Positions 8,318-19,094 of a stretch of DNA of 64,000 nt are shown in pieces; positions within the stretch are counted from its first letter, which is position 1; every line of letters starts with the position of its first letter. The stretch comes from an uncultured Acidimicrobiia bacterium. Lineage in GTDB: Bacteria; Bacteroidota; Bacteroidia; Flavobacteriales; Flavobacteriaceae. The translations under genes and the position numbers were made by a program. The notes beneath the pieces are model-generated. The model was not told where the DNA came from and made no database searches. It saw only the letters and a program-made list of their open reading frames with translations. The DNA is taken from positions 502-64,501 of the forward strand of contig CAXMOR010000030.1 in assembly GCA_964195455.1 (NCBI GenBank), written 5' to 3'.

Positions 8318-9337
8318 TTAAAAAATTTTCAATTCTTTTATAAGAATTTCATGCATTTCATTTGTATAATCTAAATGCGTAACAATTCTAATTCTACCCT
8401 CACCCATTGGGGTTAAAAGAATATTTTTAGTTTTCATTTTATGAATAAAATTATCTGCGCCTATTTTTTTATCAACATAAAAAATAATGATATTGGTCTC
8501 TATCGGCTCTACTTTTGTAACGTAAGAAACAGTTTCTAAAACTTCGCCAATTTCTTTTGCTTTTTGATGATCTTCAGCCAATCTTTCTAAATGATTATCT
8601 AGTGCATAAATTCCTGCTGCGGCTAAAAAACCAACTTGTCTCATTGCACCTCCCAAAAGTTTTCTAATTCTTAAAGCTTTTGCTATATGCTCTTTAGAAC
8701 CTAATAAAATTGAACCAATTGGCGCTCCTAAACCTTTTGATAAGCAAATAGAAATGGTGTCAAATAAGTGTCCATATTGTTGTGGAGTTTCATTTTTAGC
8801 CACCAAAGCATTAAATAAACGCGCTCCGTCCAAATGAAAAGCGAGGTTATTTTCTTTTGCTACTTTTTGTAATTTTTCTAACTCAGAAAACTCCCAACAA
8901 GCTCCACCACCTTTATTTGTGGTGTTTTCTATACAAACTAATCTAGAATACGGAACGTGAATATCGGATCTACCAGCAACTGCCTCTTGCAATTGTTCAG
9001 AAGTAAACATCCCTCTATTTCCGTCAATTAATTTGCACGTTACACCAGAATTAAATGCTGCTCCTCCGCCTTCATAATTATAAACATGTGCGTATTTATC
9101 ACAAATTAATTTGTCTCCCGGTTGCGTATGTAACTTAATAGCAGTTTGATTTGCCATGGTTCCTGAAGGAAAAAATAATGCAGCATCCATTCCGAACATA
9201 GCGGCAACTTTTTCTTGCAAAATATTTACGGTTGGATCCATTTTAAAAACATCATCACCAACTTTTGCATTCATCATTGCGTCCAGCATTCCTTTTGTTG
9301 GTCTCGTTACGGTATCTGATATTAAATCTATTATCAT
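8318..9337 (-). CDS. ltaE: Low-specificity L-threonine aldolase (PLP-dependent)
   Basis: 339 aa with motifs FFPSGTMANQTAI, HLDGARLFNA and the PLP-lysine context SICLSKGLGAPIGS. Confidence 0.85.
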   Translation of the reverse strand: MIIDLISDTVTRPTKGMLDAMMNAKVGDDVFKMDPTVNILQEKVAAMFGMDAALFFPSGTMANQTAIKLHTQPGDKLICDKYAHVYNYEGGGAAFNSGVTCKLIDGNRGMFTSEQLQEAVAGRSDIHVPYSRLVCIENTTNKGGGACWEFSELEKLQKVAKENNLAFHLDGARLFNALVAKNETPQQYGHLFDTISICLSKGLGAPIGSILLGSKEHIAKALRIRKLLGGAMRQVGFLAAAGIYALDNHLERLAEDHQKAKEIGEVLETVSYVTKVEPIETNIIIFYVDKKIGADNFIHKMKTKNILLTPMGEGRIRIVTHLDYTNEMHEILIKELKIF

Positions 9338-9382
9338 ATTTATATTTAGGCCTCGATTTTGCGCAACCTTATATTTTATTAA

Positions 9383-11803
9383 TTAATATTTATAGTCACT
9401 TCCAATAGGTGATCCATCTGGAATTTGTGGAGCATTAGTTTTTTTAAATGACGTTGGATTTTCAACAAAATCTTCAATCATTTTTATCATTGCTAAATTA
9501 TATATTTTCTGAATTCCTTTTAGGTTTTTATTTTGTAAAATCGATTTGATTTCATCCAACTTAAACAAGACAATTGCGTTTACTTGTTTATACTGATTTT
9601 TATAGGCTGCCAAATAAAACAGTTCTTCTAAAACCTTTGTGTTAATTACATTTTGTAACTCTTGATAATAAGTATCTTCATGGGTTTTAATAATCGTTTT
9701 TGTTATCAATTCATCAATTAGTTCACCTAAACCCAATTGTCTTTTATGTAAACTTTTATGCACAATTAATCTTGAAGCTCTTTGTGGATTTAATAATAAA
9801 TTCAACGTCATTTCACTTGCCGTTTCTACTGCTCCAAAAGCATCAAACTCTACCCCTAAGTCACTTTTAAAAGATTCTCTAGTTCTTTCAAAACCCATTG
9901 CTCTTGGTGGAAATAATTCTAACTTTTCTTTCGGAATTGCAATTTCATCTACAGCAATTGTTTTTAAGACTGCTTGTAAAGCGATTCTTTCGGTTGTTCC
10001 AGAAACTCTTTTTACAATGGTTTGATTCCCCCCTTTTACAGCATAACTATATTCCAAACCACCGATTAATTTTACGGTAGCTTCTGTTTGAAATCTATGG
10101 AAAAAATACAACGGAACAAATACATCCTCTAAAACAGAATAAGGTTGATTTGTTCTAATATTATCTGTTGAAAATTTTTCGATAGCCATTTTCCTAATTT
10201 TAAGAATATTGTATAATTCATCATGAATATTACCACCATTATCCCATAAATGTGCAGAAACACTTGCACTTCCTTGAGATCTTGCGTCTGAATCTGATAA
10301 GTATTTTAGACCGCTTGCAAATGCATTTTCTAAAATTTTAAACAACTGATTTTCTTCATCCTCCTCAAAATCTTGATAAAAATAAGCAACAGTTACTTTA
10401 TCCCAAGCCCCAATTTTAGTATCGTAAGCGTCAGAAAAATCAATTTCACCCTCTTTTAAACTAAATTTTGGATGCGGATAATCCATCACAGAAGCCCTTT
10501 CATTGGTACTTGCAGCAAAATTGTGAGCAAACCCTAAAGTGTGACCAATTTCATGCGCAGACAATTGTCTAATTCTTGCAATGGCCATTTGCAAAGCAAA
10601 ATCATCATCTATAGAATCCTTTTTATAAGGAGCCTGCAAAGCCTGTGCTATTAAAAAATCTTGACGAATACGTAAACTTCCTAAACTAACATGACCTTTT
10701 ATAATTTCTCCTGTTCTTGGGTCAGAAATACTACCTCCATAACTCCACCCTCTTGTCGATCTATGTACCCATTGCACCATATTATAACGAACATCTAAAG
10801 GATCTGCGTCTACTGGTAACATTTTCATTTGAAATGCATCTCTATAACCAATGGCTTCAAAAGCTTGATTCCACCAACGTCCACCTTCTAATAGCGCAGA
10901 ACGAACTGGCTCTGGAGTGCCCCTATCTAAATAATAAATAATTGGTTCTTTCGCTTCAGAAACTAATGCGTCTGGATTTTTCTTTTCTAAACGATGCCTG
11001 TAAATAAATCTCTTTTTTATGGATTGATTAACAGGGGTTGCATAATCTAAATATGACATTGGATACCCTCCTGAACGCGTATCGTATTTTCTTGGTTTAT
11101 ATTTATGATCAGGTAACTCTACAAAAGAATGATGTTGATGAACGGTAACTAAAAAATTATTTGGAGATACACTTCTAATGTTAGCTCCTTTTGGAGAGCC
11201 CTTAAAAGTAAGCATCACGTCAAATTCTACGTTTTTAGGAAATGCTTTTGTTCTATCCAAATGAAAAGCAGATTTGCTTTTGTCTAAATTGTAATTTCCT
11301 TGCTTATTTTTCACTAAACTTATAGAAACACCATGAGCATCTCTTATAAAAAAATCAGTTGCATCGACTAAATAGACACCTTTTTTCTCATTTTTAATAA
11401 CAAAACCATGTAAAACTGATTTTGCAAATGCCTCTTTTACAGATTTTTTTTCTTCTTTATTATCCGTAATCGCTCTGTAATCTTGATTTGGTTGAATCAG
11501 CATTAACTTGTTCCCAGTCTTTTTAAAATAAACGACAACTCCGTCACCTAACTGACCTCTATCTAAACCAATATCATTAGAACCAAGTCCTTCCGAAAGT
11601 GCTCGCACATAAAGAAATTCTACATTTAAATTGTCTATTTGAAGAAAGATCTTATCTTTATTTTCATCATAATAAAAGGTGAAATAACCTTCATATTTAG
11701 TAATTCCTTTTTGGAGTTTATTTCCTGAATTTTCTACAAAAAATTGAGAAAATCCTTCAGAAGAAACAACAATAAAAAATAGAATAAGTAGTACTTTTTT
11801 CAT
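9383..11803 (-). CDS. Secreted zinc-dependent metalloprotease (met-zincin type)
   Basis: 806 aa with signal peptide MKKVLLILFFIVVSSEGFSQ and an HExxH zinc site SAHEIGHTLGFAHNF. Confidence 0.8.
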   Translation of the reverse strand: MKKVLLILFFIVVSSEGFSQFFVENSGNKLQKGITKYEGYFTFYYDENKDKIFLQIDNLNVEFLYVRALSEGLGSNDIGLDRGQLGDGVVVYFKKTGNKLMLIQPNQDYRAITDNKEEKKSVKEAFAKSVLHGFVIKNEKKGVYLVDATDFFIRDAHGVSISLVKNKQGNYNLDKSKSAFHLDRTKAFPKNVEFDVMLTFKGSPKGANIRSVSPNNFLVTVHQHHSFVELPDHKYKPRKYDTRSGGYPMSYLDYATPVNQSIKKRFIYRHRLEKKNPDALVSEAKEPIIYYLDRGTPEPVRSALLEGGRWWNQAFEAIGYRDAFQMKMLPVDADPLDVRYNMVQWVHRSTRGWSYGGSISDPRTGEIIKGHVSLGSLRIRQDFLIAQALQAPYKKDSIDDDFALQMAIARIRQLSAHEIGHTLGFAHNFAASTNERASVMDYPHPKFSLKEGEIDFSDAYDTKIGAWDKVTVAYFYQDFEEDEENQLFKILENAFASGLKYLSDSDARSQGSASVSAHLWDNGGNIHDELYNILKIRKMAIEKFSTDNIRTNQPYSVLEDVFVPLYFFHRFQTEATVKLIGGLEYSYAVKGGNQTIVKRVSGTTERIALQAVLKTIAVDEIAIPKEKLELFPPRAMGFERTRESFKSDLGVEFDAFGAVETASEMTLNLLLNPQRASRLIVHKSLHKRQLGLGELIDELITKTIIKTHEDTYYQELQNVINTKVLEELFYLAAYKNQYKQVNAIVLFKLDEIKSILQNKNLKGIQKIYNLAMIKMIEDFVENPTSFKKTNAPQIPDGSPIGSDYKY

Positions 11804-11889
11804 GTTTACTATATTTGCTATAAATCTATAAAATAAGGACCAGTTTTAAAACAAGAAGTCTTAAAAATTAATTTATTTTTGTTCCACTT

Positions 11890-12987
11890 ATGATTACACA
11901 AGACCAACTTAAAGATATAGCTTCAAGAATTGAAAAATTAAAATCTTATTTAGAGATAGATAAAAAGCTGATTGAAATTGCCAATGAAGAAGAAAAAACG
12001 GTAAACCCAGATTTTTGGAATAATCCAAAAGAAGCAGAAATTGTAATGAAAGAACTCCGTTTAAAGAAAAAATGGGTTGAAGATTACTCTAAAACTATCG
12101 CTTTAAATGAAGATGTAATTGTGCTGTATGAATTTTACAAAGAAGATGAAGTTGAAGAAGGTGAAGTTATAGAACAATTTGCAAAGACAAATTCTTTTTT
12201 AGAAGACTTAGAGTTTAAAAACATGCTTTCTGAAGAAGGAGATTCCTTATCTGCAACTATACAAATTACGGCTGGTGCTGGAGGAACAGAAAGCTGTGAC
12301 TGGGTAGAAATGCTGTCTAGGATGTACACAATGTGGGCAGAAAAGCAAGGTTTTAAATTAAAAACATTGAATTATCAAGCGGGAGATGTTGCAGGAATAA
12401 AAACAATTACCATAGAAATTGAAGGTGATTATGCTTTTGGTTGGTTAAAAGGAGAAAATGGTGTGCATCGATTGGTGCGAATTTCTCCTTTTGACTCTAA
12501 TGGAAAACGTCACACTACATTTGGGTCTGTATACGTTTTTCCGGTAGTAGATGATTCAATCGAAATAGAAGTAAATCCTGCTGATATAGAAATTGTAACG
12601 GCAAGATCTAGCGGAGCCGGGGGACAAAATGTAAATAAAGTTGAAACAAAAGTACAGCTAACTCACAAGCCAACTGGCATACAAATTCAATGTTCTAATT
12701 CTCGTTCTCAACACGACAACAGAGCAACCGCCATGAAAATGTTAAAGTCTCAATTGTATGAAATTGAACTACAAAAACAGCAAGAGACAAGAGCTGATAT
12801 TGAAGCCGGAAAATTAAAAAATGAATGGGGAAGTCAAATTCGCAACTATGTAATGCATCCTTACAAATTAGTAAAAGATGTGAGAACTGCTCATGAAACA
12901 GGAAATGTAGATGCAGTTATGGACGGTAATATAAATCCGTTTTTAAAATCTTACTTAATGTTAAATGGACAGAAAAGCCCATCTTAA
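11890..12987 (+). CDS. prfB: Peptide chain release factor 2
   Basis: 365 aa with the SPF tripeptide (RISPFDS) and the GGQ motif ([13 protein letters not shown]). It is a single uninterrupted frame. Confidence 0.95.
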   Translation: MITQDQLKDIASRIEKLKSYLEIDKKLIEIANEEEKTVNPDFWNNPKEAEIVMKELRLKKKWVEDYSKTIALNEDVIVLYEFYKEDEVEEGEVIEQFAKTNSFLEDLEFKNMLSEEGDSLSATIQITAGAGGTESCDWVEMLSRMYTMWAEKQGFKLKTLNYQAGDVAGIKTITIEIEGDYAFGWLKGENGVHRLVRISPFDSNGKRHTTFGSVYVFPVVDDSIEIEVNPADIEIVTARSSGAGGQNVNKVETKVQLTHKPTGIQIQCSNSRSQHDNRATAMKMLKSQLYEIELQKQQETRADIEAGKLKNEWGSQIRNYVMHPYKLVKDVRTAHETGNVDAVMDGNINPFLKSYLMLNGQKSPS

Positions 12988-13100
12988 TCTTCTTAAGCAA
13001 AAAGACTTTTTTAGATATAAATACTTGAAATTAAAGAAAAAAAACACTCCATTGCTATAAATTTTTTTCCTCTTTAGGAGAATTAAAAGGAACTCATTTT

Positions 13101-13442
13101 ATGATAAAAATATACCACAACCCACGTTGTTCTAAATCTAGAGAAGGTTTGGCTGTTCTAGAAAACTCAAAAAAAGAATTTGAAATAGTTAAATATCTCG
13201 ATGCAGTTCCTTCTAAAGATGAATTAACAGAAATCATCCGATTATTAGGCATCTCTCCGATGCAATTAGTTAGAAAAAATGAAAAAATCTGGAAAGAAAA
13301 TTTCAAAGGAAAAGAATTATCGGACGCTGAAATTATAATTACTATGATTGAAAACCCAAAGTTAATCGAACGTCCAATAATCATTAATAATAAAAAAGCT
13401 GTTATTGGCAGACCTTCAGAAAATATTCTTACTATTATTTAA
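13101..13442 (+). CDS. ArsC/Spx-family protein (arsenate reductase-like, glutaredoxin fold)
   Basis: 113 aa with N-terminal IYHNPRCSKSR and C-terminal LIERPII, both typical of the ArsC family. Confidence 0.8.
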   Translation: MIKIYHNPRCSKSREGLAVLENSKKEFEIVKYLDAVPSKDELTEIIRLLGISPMQLVRKNEKIWKENFKGKELSDAEIIITMIENPKLIERPIIINNKKAVIGRPSENILTII

Positions 13443-13529
13443 ATTAATTTTTTCTTTAACTTTTATTTAACTACTACGTGTTAAACTTAATCAGAACTTT
13501 GTTGTCCTAAAAAAACACACCCTTTTTTG

Positions 13530-15992
13530 ATGAAAAAAATTATACTATTATTTTTATTACTGATTTCGACAACATTTTTGTTTTCTCAAAAAGTGCCAAA
13601 CTCAGATTATATTTCTATTACAGCTAAGATTATAGATGCAGAAACAAGTCAGCCTCTTGAATATGCAACTGTTGTTTTAAAAGAGATTAAAACACAAAGT
13701 ATTACAGGAGGAATTACTGATGAAAAAGGAAATTTTACCATTAAAACTCCAAAAGGAATTTATGATATAAGTGTCGAATTTATCTCTTTTAAAACGAAGG
13801 AATTTCTTAGACAAAATATTACATCCGACAAAAACTTTGGAATCATAAAATTAACAGTAGATGCAAGTAGTTTAAATGAAATTGTAATTATTGCTGAAAA
13901 ATCCACAGTAGATATTCGTTTAGACAAACGTATTTATAATGTTGGAAAAGACATGACTGTAAAAGGAGGAACTGCCTCAGATGTTTTAGACAATGTACCT
14001 TCTGTAAGTGTCGATGTAGAGGGAAATGTAAGCTTAAGAGGGAATGAAAATGTACGTATTTTAATTGACGGTAAACCTTCTGCTTTAGTGGGGTTAAGCG
14101 GTGCGGATGCATTAAGACAATTACCAGCAGACGCTATAGAAAGAGTGGAAGTAATTACCTCACCATCTGCAAGGTATGATGCAGAAGGAACTGCAGGAAT
14201 ATTAAACATTATTTTAAGAAAAGGAAAAGCTTTAGGCTTTAATGGCTCTATAAATACTACTGTTGGAAATCCAGATCAATTTCAATTAGCAACCAATTTA
14301 AATCAAAGAGGTTTAAAAACGAACATTTTTTCTAACTTCGGATATAATTATAGAAACGGACCAGGAAATTCTTTTACAGACTTAAGAAACCTTAGCAATG
14401 ATGTGATTACAAGTTCTCGAATAGAAGATAGAGAATGGCAAAGAAAAAGAAATAGTTTTAACTCAAGTATTGGTTTAGAATATTTTCTAACTAAAAAAAG
14501 TTCTTTAACAGGAACCGTTTTTTATACAAATACTAAAGGTGGGAATTTCTCAGAAAATAACATTCAAGAATTTGATGGAAATAGTCTTTTAACGGATAGC
14601 ACTATAAGAATTCAGGATGAAGACTCTGATGATGAAACGGTACAATATTCTTTAAATTATACAAATAACTTTAATAAAAATGGACATAAACTAACCTTCG
14701 ACCTTCAATACAGTGACAGCAAAGAAAATGAAGAAGCTATCAATACAGAGCCCGGTTTTACAGATGAAACTAACATTACAAACGAAGCCTCTAAAAACAC
14801 TTTATTACAAGCCGATTATGTTTTACCAATTGGTGAAAATGCTCAATTTGAAGTAGGTTACCGAGGAGATTTTCAAAATTTAACTTCAGACTTTTTGGTA
14901 ACACCCGTTTCAGATCCAGATTTCGACCCGTCAAACAACTTAGAATTTGGTCAAGATATTCATGCATTTTACTCACAATATGGAAACAAGTTTAACAAGT
15001 TTTCTTTCCTATTAGGTTTGCGTTTAGAAACTACAGATGTAAAAGTAAGATTGTTAAGCACCAATGAAAATAACGATTTTAGTTATACAGAGCTATTTCC
15101 AACAGTAAATATTGGTTACGAAGCTACAGAAAAACAAAGCTTTACTTTGGGGTACAGTAGACGTTTAAGAAGACCACGTTTTTGGTATTTAAATCCGTTT
15201 GAATCAAGAAATAGCCAGAATATTATTTTTAAAGGAAACCCAGCTTTAATACCCACTTTTACAAATTCTTTCGATTTAGGATACTTAAACAGAATTGGTA
15301 AATTAACTTTAAACTCCTCTATTTATTATCAACATTCTACAAATAATATTAGTAGAGTTACAAGGCAAGAAATTAGAGAAATTAATGGTAATGACGAATC
15401 TGTATTAATAAGAGAACCAATCAATTTAGCATCAGAAGATAGATATGGGTTTGAATTTACAGCCAATTATAATGCAACTAAAACAGTAAAGTTTGACGGA
15501 AGTTTTAATTTATTTAACTCTAAAACAGAAGGGATTTACACCTATGATTTTTTAGATCCAACGTCAAATACTACGAATACAATTACAGAAGATTTAAGCA
15601 ATAGTAATACAAGTTGGAGAGCACGTTTTAACGCAAGAGTAACTTTACCATATAAAATAGAATGGCAAACAAGATTGTCTTATAGAGGACCAAGTGAAAG
15701 TGCGCAAAACGTAAGTGAGGGAATTTTCTCAGCGAATTTAGCATTTAGTAAAGATGTTTTAAAAGAGAAAGGAACGTTGGTTTTAAATGTAAGCGATGTT
15801 TTTAATTCAAGAAAAAGAAACGCTGTAAACTATACACCAAATAGAGATGCCCCCACAAATATTTCGGATCAAACTTTTCAGTGGAGAATGCGTCAAGTAT
15901 CTTTAAACTTTACGTACAGATTTAATCAACAAAAAAATCAACGACAAAAAGGCGGAAGAGAAAATGGTGGTGGAGAAGAATTTGAAGGGTAA
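13530..15992 (+). CDS. TonB-dependent receptor-like outer-membrane beta-barrel protein
   Basis: The signal peptide is followed by a carboxypeptidase-regulatory-like domain (ITAKIIDAETSQPLEYATVVL..TDEKGNF). A plug follows (DVLDNVPSVSVDVEGNVSLRGNENVRILIDGKP), then a long barrel. ATG 13530 is preferred over the track start TTG 13527. Confidence 0.85.
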   Translation: MKKIILLFLLLISTTFLFSQKVPNSDYISITAKIIDAETSQPLEYATVVLKEIKTQSITGGITDEKGNFTIKTPKGIYDISVEFISFKTKEFLRQNITSDKNFGIIKLTVDASSLNEIVIIAEKSTVDIRLDKRIYNVGKDMTVKGGTASDVLDNVPSVSVDVEGNVSLRGNENVRILIDGKPSALVGLSGADALRQLPADAIERVEVITSPSARYDAEGTAGILNIILRKGKALGFNGSINTTVGNPDQFQLATNLNQRGLKTNIFSNFGYNYRNGPGNSFTDLRNLSNDVITSSRIEDREWQRKRNSFNSSIGLEYFLTKKSSLTGTVFYTNTKGGNFSENNIQEFDGNSLLTDSTIRIQDEDSDDETVQYSLNYTNNFNKNGHKLTFDLQYSDSKENEEAINTEPGFTDETNITNEASKNTLLQADYVLPIGENAQFEVGYRGDFQNLTSDFLVTPVSDPDFDPSNNLEFGQDIHAFYSQYGNKFNKFSFLLGLRLETTDVKVRLLSTNENNDFSYTELFPTVNIGYEATEKQSFTLGYSRRLRRPRFWYLNPFESRNSQNIIFKGNPALIPTFTNSFDLGYLNRIGKLTLNSSIYYQHSTNNISRVTRQEIREINGNDESVLIREPINLASEDRYGFEFTANYNATKTVKFDGSFNLFNSKTEGIYTYDFLDPTSNTTNTITEDLSNSNTSWRARFNARVTLPYKIEWQTRLSYRGPSESAQNVSEGIFSANLAFSKDVLKEKGTLVLNVSDVFNSRKRNAVNYTPNRDAPTNISDQTFQWRMRQVSLNFTYRFNQQKNQRQKGGRENGGGEEFEG

Positions 15993-16146
15993 CCTTTTTA
16001 TTACTTCTAATACAAATTACATTTTTTTGTGTGATGCAATAACCTTAGCATTCTCAAGAGTTTACTTCGTAAACTCTTGAGAATGCTTGTTAAATAAAGC
16101 ATAAAAGGTTTTAATCTCAATATTTAACTATACACTAAAACTCATA

Positions 16147-16180
16147 AAAAAACTCGTTCAATTTCTTGAACGAGTTTTTT
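16147..16180. terminator. Bidirectional intrinsic terminator
   Basis: aaaaaactcgttcaa / tttc / ttgaacgagtttttt: a perfect stem flanked by an A-run and a T-run, between convergent genes. Confidence 0.75.
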
Positions 16181-16200
16181 GTATAAATATATTTTAGAGC

Positions 16201-16374
16201 TTACTTTCCTTCAGCAGCTTTTTTAGCGTCTCTCTTTAATTTCATGTTTTCCCAAATAGTTCCACCAATCCAATAAGGAACGACAAATGTTAATAAGAAT
16301 ATTAACAACCAAAAACCAGCTGTAAAAACAAACATAAATAAAACTAATCCTGAAAATTGTGAAAAATCTAACAT
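16201..16374 (-). CDS. Small membrane protein, hypothetical
   Basis: 57 aa from the internal ATG (MLDFSQFSGLVLFMFVFTAGFWLLIFLL...). A TATTTTTG box (16408..16401) lies inside the longer 73-aa track ORF, so I favour the shorter start. Confidence 0.45.
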   Translation of the reverse strand: MLDFSQFSGLVLFMFVFTAGFWLLIFLLTFVVPYWIGGTIWENMKLKRDAKKAAEGK

Positions 16375-16534
16375 TTGAGTATTTTGAAAATTTATTACAG
16401 CAAAAATAATACTTATTTTCAAAAAACACCCCTCAAAAAAATATTTTTTTTAGATCTCTAAAAATGATAAGTATCAACTTTATGTAATCATAGTTTTTTG
16501 TAATTTTGTTGTATCTAAAATTTACATCATAATT

Positions 16535-17932
16535 ATGAAATATAGAATCGAAAAAGATACTATGGGAAACGTAGAAGTTCCTGCTGATAAATATTGGGGA
16601 GCACAAACAGAACGTTCTCGTAACAACTTTAAAATTGGCGCTGCAGCTTCTATGCCTCTAGAAATTGTATATGGTTTTGCTTATCTTAAAAAAGCAGCTG
16701 CTTATACGAATGCAGAGTTAGGTGTTTTAACCACAGAAAAAAGAGATTTAATAGCACAAGTTTGTGATGAAATTTTAGCAGGAAAATTAGATAACCAATT
16801 TCCTTTAGTAATTTGGCAAACAGGTTCTGGTACACAATCTAATATGAATGTGAACGAAGTGATTGCAAACAGAGCACATGAAATTGCTGGAAAAGTGATT
16901 GGTGCGGGAGAAAAGACAATTCAACCAAACGACGATGTCAATAAATCCCAATCCTCGAATGATACATTTCCAACAGGAATGCATATTGCAGCTTATAAGA
17001 AAATTGTAGAAACTACAATTCCAGGAATTAAGCAATTAAGGGATACCTTAAAAGCAAAATCAGAAGTATTTAAAGATGTTGTAAAAATAGGACGTACACA
17101 CTTAATGGATGCTACTCCCCTTACATTAGGTCAGGAGTTTTCTGGTTATGTGGCGCAATTAAACTTCGGTTTAAGAGCATTAAATAACACTTTAGATCAT
17201 TTATCTCAATTAGCTTTGGGAGGCACAGCAGTGGGTACAGGATTAAACACCCCTGCAGGATATGACGTTTTGGTTGCAAAATATATTGCAAAATTTACAG
17301 AAATGCCTTTTATAACTGCTGAAAATAAATTTGAAGCTTTAGCGGCACATGATGCCTTAGTAGAAACTCATGGAGCTTTAAAACAAGTGGCAGTATCTTT
17401 AAATAAAATTGCTAATGATATTAGAATGATGGCTTCAGGTCCAAGATCAGGAATTGGAGAATTGATTATTCCTGCAAATGAACCAGGTTCTTCTATCATG
17501 CCAGGTAAAGTAAATCCTACCCAAGCAGAAGCGATGACTATGGTTTGTGCGCAAGTGATGGGTAATGATGTTGCGGTTACCGTTGGTGGAACGCAAGGTC
17601 ATTATGAGTTAAACGTTTTTAAACCGATGATGGCTGCAAACGTTCTACAATCTGCCCAATTAATTGGTGATGCATGTGTTTCTTTTGATGTAAACTGTGC
17701 TGCCGGTATAGAACCAAATCATGCAAGGATTACTGAATTAGTAAATAATTCATTAATGTTAGTTACTGCTTTAAATACTAAAATAGGATATTACAAAGCT
17801 GCAGAAATTGCAAATACTGCGCATGCAAACGGAACTACGTTGAAAGTGGAAGCTGTGCGTTTAGGATATGTTACTCCAGAACAATATGATGAATGGGTAA
17901 AACCAGAAGAAATGACTGGTGGTTTAAAATAA
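16535..17932 (+). CDS. fumC: Class II fumarate hydratase
   Basis: 465 aa with the signature [16 protein letters not shown]. Confidence 0.95.
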   Translation: MKYRIEKDTMGNVEVPADKYWGAQTERSRNNFKIGAAASMPLEIVYGFAYLKKAAAYTNAELGVLTTEKRDLIAQVCDEILAGKLDNQFPLVIWQTGSGTQSNMNVNEVIANRAHEIAGKVIGAGEKTIQPNDDVNKSQSSNDTFPTGMHIAAYKKIVETTIPGIKQLRDTLKAKSEVFKDVVKIGRTHLMDATPLTLGQEFSGYVAQLNFGLRALNNTLDHLSQLALGGTAVGTGLNTPAGYDVLVAKYIAKFTEMPFITAENKFEALAAHDALVETHGALKQVAVSLNKIANDIRMMASGPRSGIGELIIPANEPGSSIMPGKVNPTQAEAMTMVCAQVMGNDVAVTVGGTQGHYELNVFKPMMAANVLQSAQLIGDACVSFDVNCAAGIEPNHARITELVNNSLMLVTALNTKIGYYKAAEIANTAHANGTTLKVEAVRLGYVTPEQYDEWVKPEEMTGGLK

Positions 17933-17954
17933 AAACATTAAGTTAATAAAATAT

Positions 17955-17984
17955 AAAAAGCTGCATACTCCATGCAGCTTTTTT
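17955..17984 (+). terminator. Intrinsic terminator after fumC
   Basis: aaaaagctgcat / actcc / atgcagctttttt. Confidence 0.7.
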
Positions 17985-18015
17985 AGCTAAAAAAAAATAA
18001 CCATAACAATAAACA

Positions 18016-18495
18016 ATGCAGATGAACAAACACGAAGAATTTATGAGTGGAGCTGTAAAAGCAGCATTAAAAGGAATGAACAACAACGAAGGGGGGCCTT
18101 TTGGATGTGTTATTGTAAAAGATGGAGTTGTTATTGGACGCGGGAATAATAAAGTGACTTCTACAAACGACCCTACAGCGCATGCAGAAGTAACAGCGAT
18201 TAGAGATGCTTGCAAAAATATTGGCTCTTTTCAATTAGATGGATGTATTATATATACTTCTTGCGAACCTTGCCCAATGTGCTTAGGAGCAATTTATTGG
18301 GCTAGACCCGACAAAGTTTATTATGGTAGTAATCAGCAAGATGCTGCAAATATTGGTTTTGATGATGAATTTATCTATAAAGAAATTCCTTTACCATATG
18401 AAAAAAGAAGCATTCCTTTTGAACAAGTTGGAAGAGAAATTGCACTAGAGCCATTTAATAAATGGGCCGAAAAACAAGATAAAACTGAATACTAA
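18016..18495 (+). CDS. CMP/dCMP-type zinc nucleoside deaminase (guanine deaminase-like)
   Basis: 159 aa with the zinc motifs HAEVTAIRDA and CEPCPMCLGAIYWAR. Confidence 0.8.
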   Translation: MQMNKHEEFMSGAVKAALKGMNNNEGGPFGCVIVKDGVVIGRGNNKVTSTNDPTAHAEVTAIRDACKNIGSFQLDGCIIYTSCEPCPMCLGAIYWARPDKVYYGSNQQDAANIGFDDEFIYKEIPLPYEKRSIPFEQVGREIALEPFNKWAEKQDKTEY

Positions 18496-18504
18496 ATTCA
18501 TACT

Positions 18505-18536
18505 AAAAACCGAAGCTAAAACTTCGGTTTTTTTTT
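18505..18536. terminator. Bidirectional intrinsic terminator
   Basis: aaaaaccgaag / ctaaaa / cttcggttttttttt, between convergent genes. Confidence 0.75.
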
Positions 18537-18537
18537 A

Positions 18538-19047
18538 TTATAAGTATCTTTCTTTTACAATATTTAAATGATGAAGTTGATGGCCAGAAAACAAATAACC
18601 TAAAGCTCTTACAGACATTTTATTACCCGAAGCTATACCAATTCTTAACAAAGCTTCATCAGAAAAACTGTTATATAATTGAATTGAAGATTTTCTTAAA
18701 ACAGCCATTTCATCTAATAAATCGTAATAATCTCTATCATTTGCATTGTCATTTAAAACAAAAACATCTTGATCAAAACCTGGCAAAGAAGTTTTATCGT
18801 TTCTAGCGAAAGACAAAGATCTGTAGCAAAAAACACGCTCTGTATCAATAGTATGTTGAATCAATTCTTTTAAAGTCCATTTTCCTTCAGCATAAGAGAA
18901 ATTGTGTTTTTCTTCTGGTAAACTTCTTAACAAACTATCAAACTCTTTTTGAGAATTTTCTAAATTTTTAATAATAGTGTTATCCTCTTTAGATACAAGT
19001 TGAAGATATTGCTCAAAATAAGGAGCGTATTCATTTTTAGGAATCAT
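18538..19047 (-). CDS. DinB-family protein
   Basis: Has a DinB-like four-helix pattern with conserved His residues (IQHTIDTERV, SGHQLHHLNI). The internal start MIPKNEYAPYFEQY is preferred. The track ORF extends to 19089. Confidence 0.7.
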   Translation of the reverse strand: MIPKNEYAPYFEQYLQLVSKEDNTIIKNLENSQKEFDSLLRSLPEEKHNFSYAEGKWTLKELIQHTIDTERVFCYRSLSFARNDKTSLPGFDQDVFVLNDNANDRDYYDLLDEMAVLRKSSIQLYNSFSDEALLRIGIASGNKMSVRALGYLFSGHQLHHLNIVKERYL

Positions 19048-19094
19048 TACAATAGATTTATGTATGTTTGTTACAGCGAATTTAATCATTTTTC

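Noticed and set aside
11890-12987. Looked for the programmed +1 frameshift (CTT TGA C) common in bacterial prfB.
   Set aside because: The frame is uninterrupted. The equivalent position reads AAA TCT TAT TTA GAG ATA (KSYLEI), so this RF2 gene has no autoregulatory frameshift site.
13443-13526. Searched for cobalamin riboswitches upstream of the TonB-dependent receptor, and upstream of the ABC importer at 37096..37142.
   Set aside because: The leaders are only about 85 nt and 45 nt, too short for a cobalamin riboswitch. I saw no B12-box-like conserved core.
16223-16429. Alternative-frame 68-aa ORF overlapping 16201..16422.
   Set aside because: The other frame gives a coherent TM-helix protein with a Lys-rich tail. 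This frame is Cys/Phe-rich and low-complexity.
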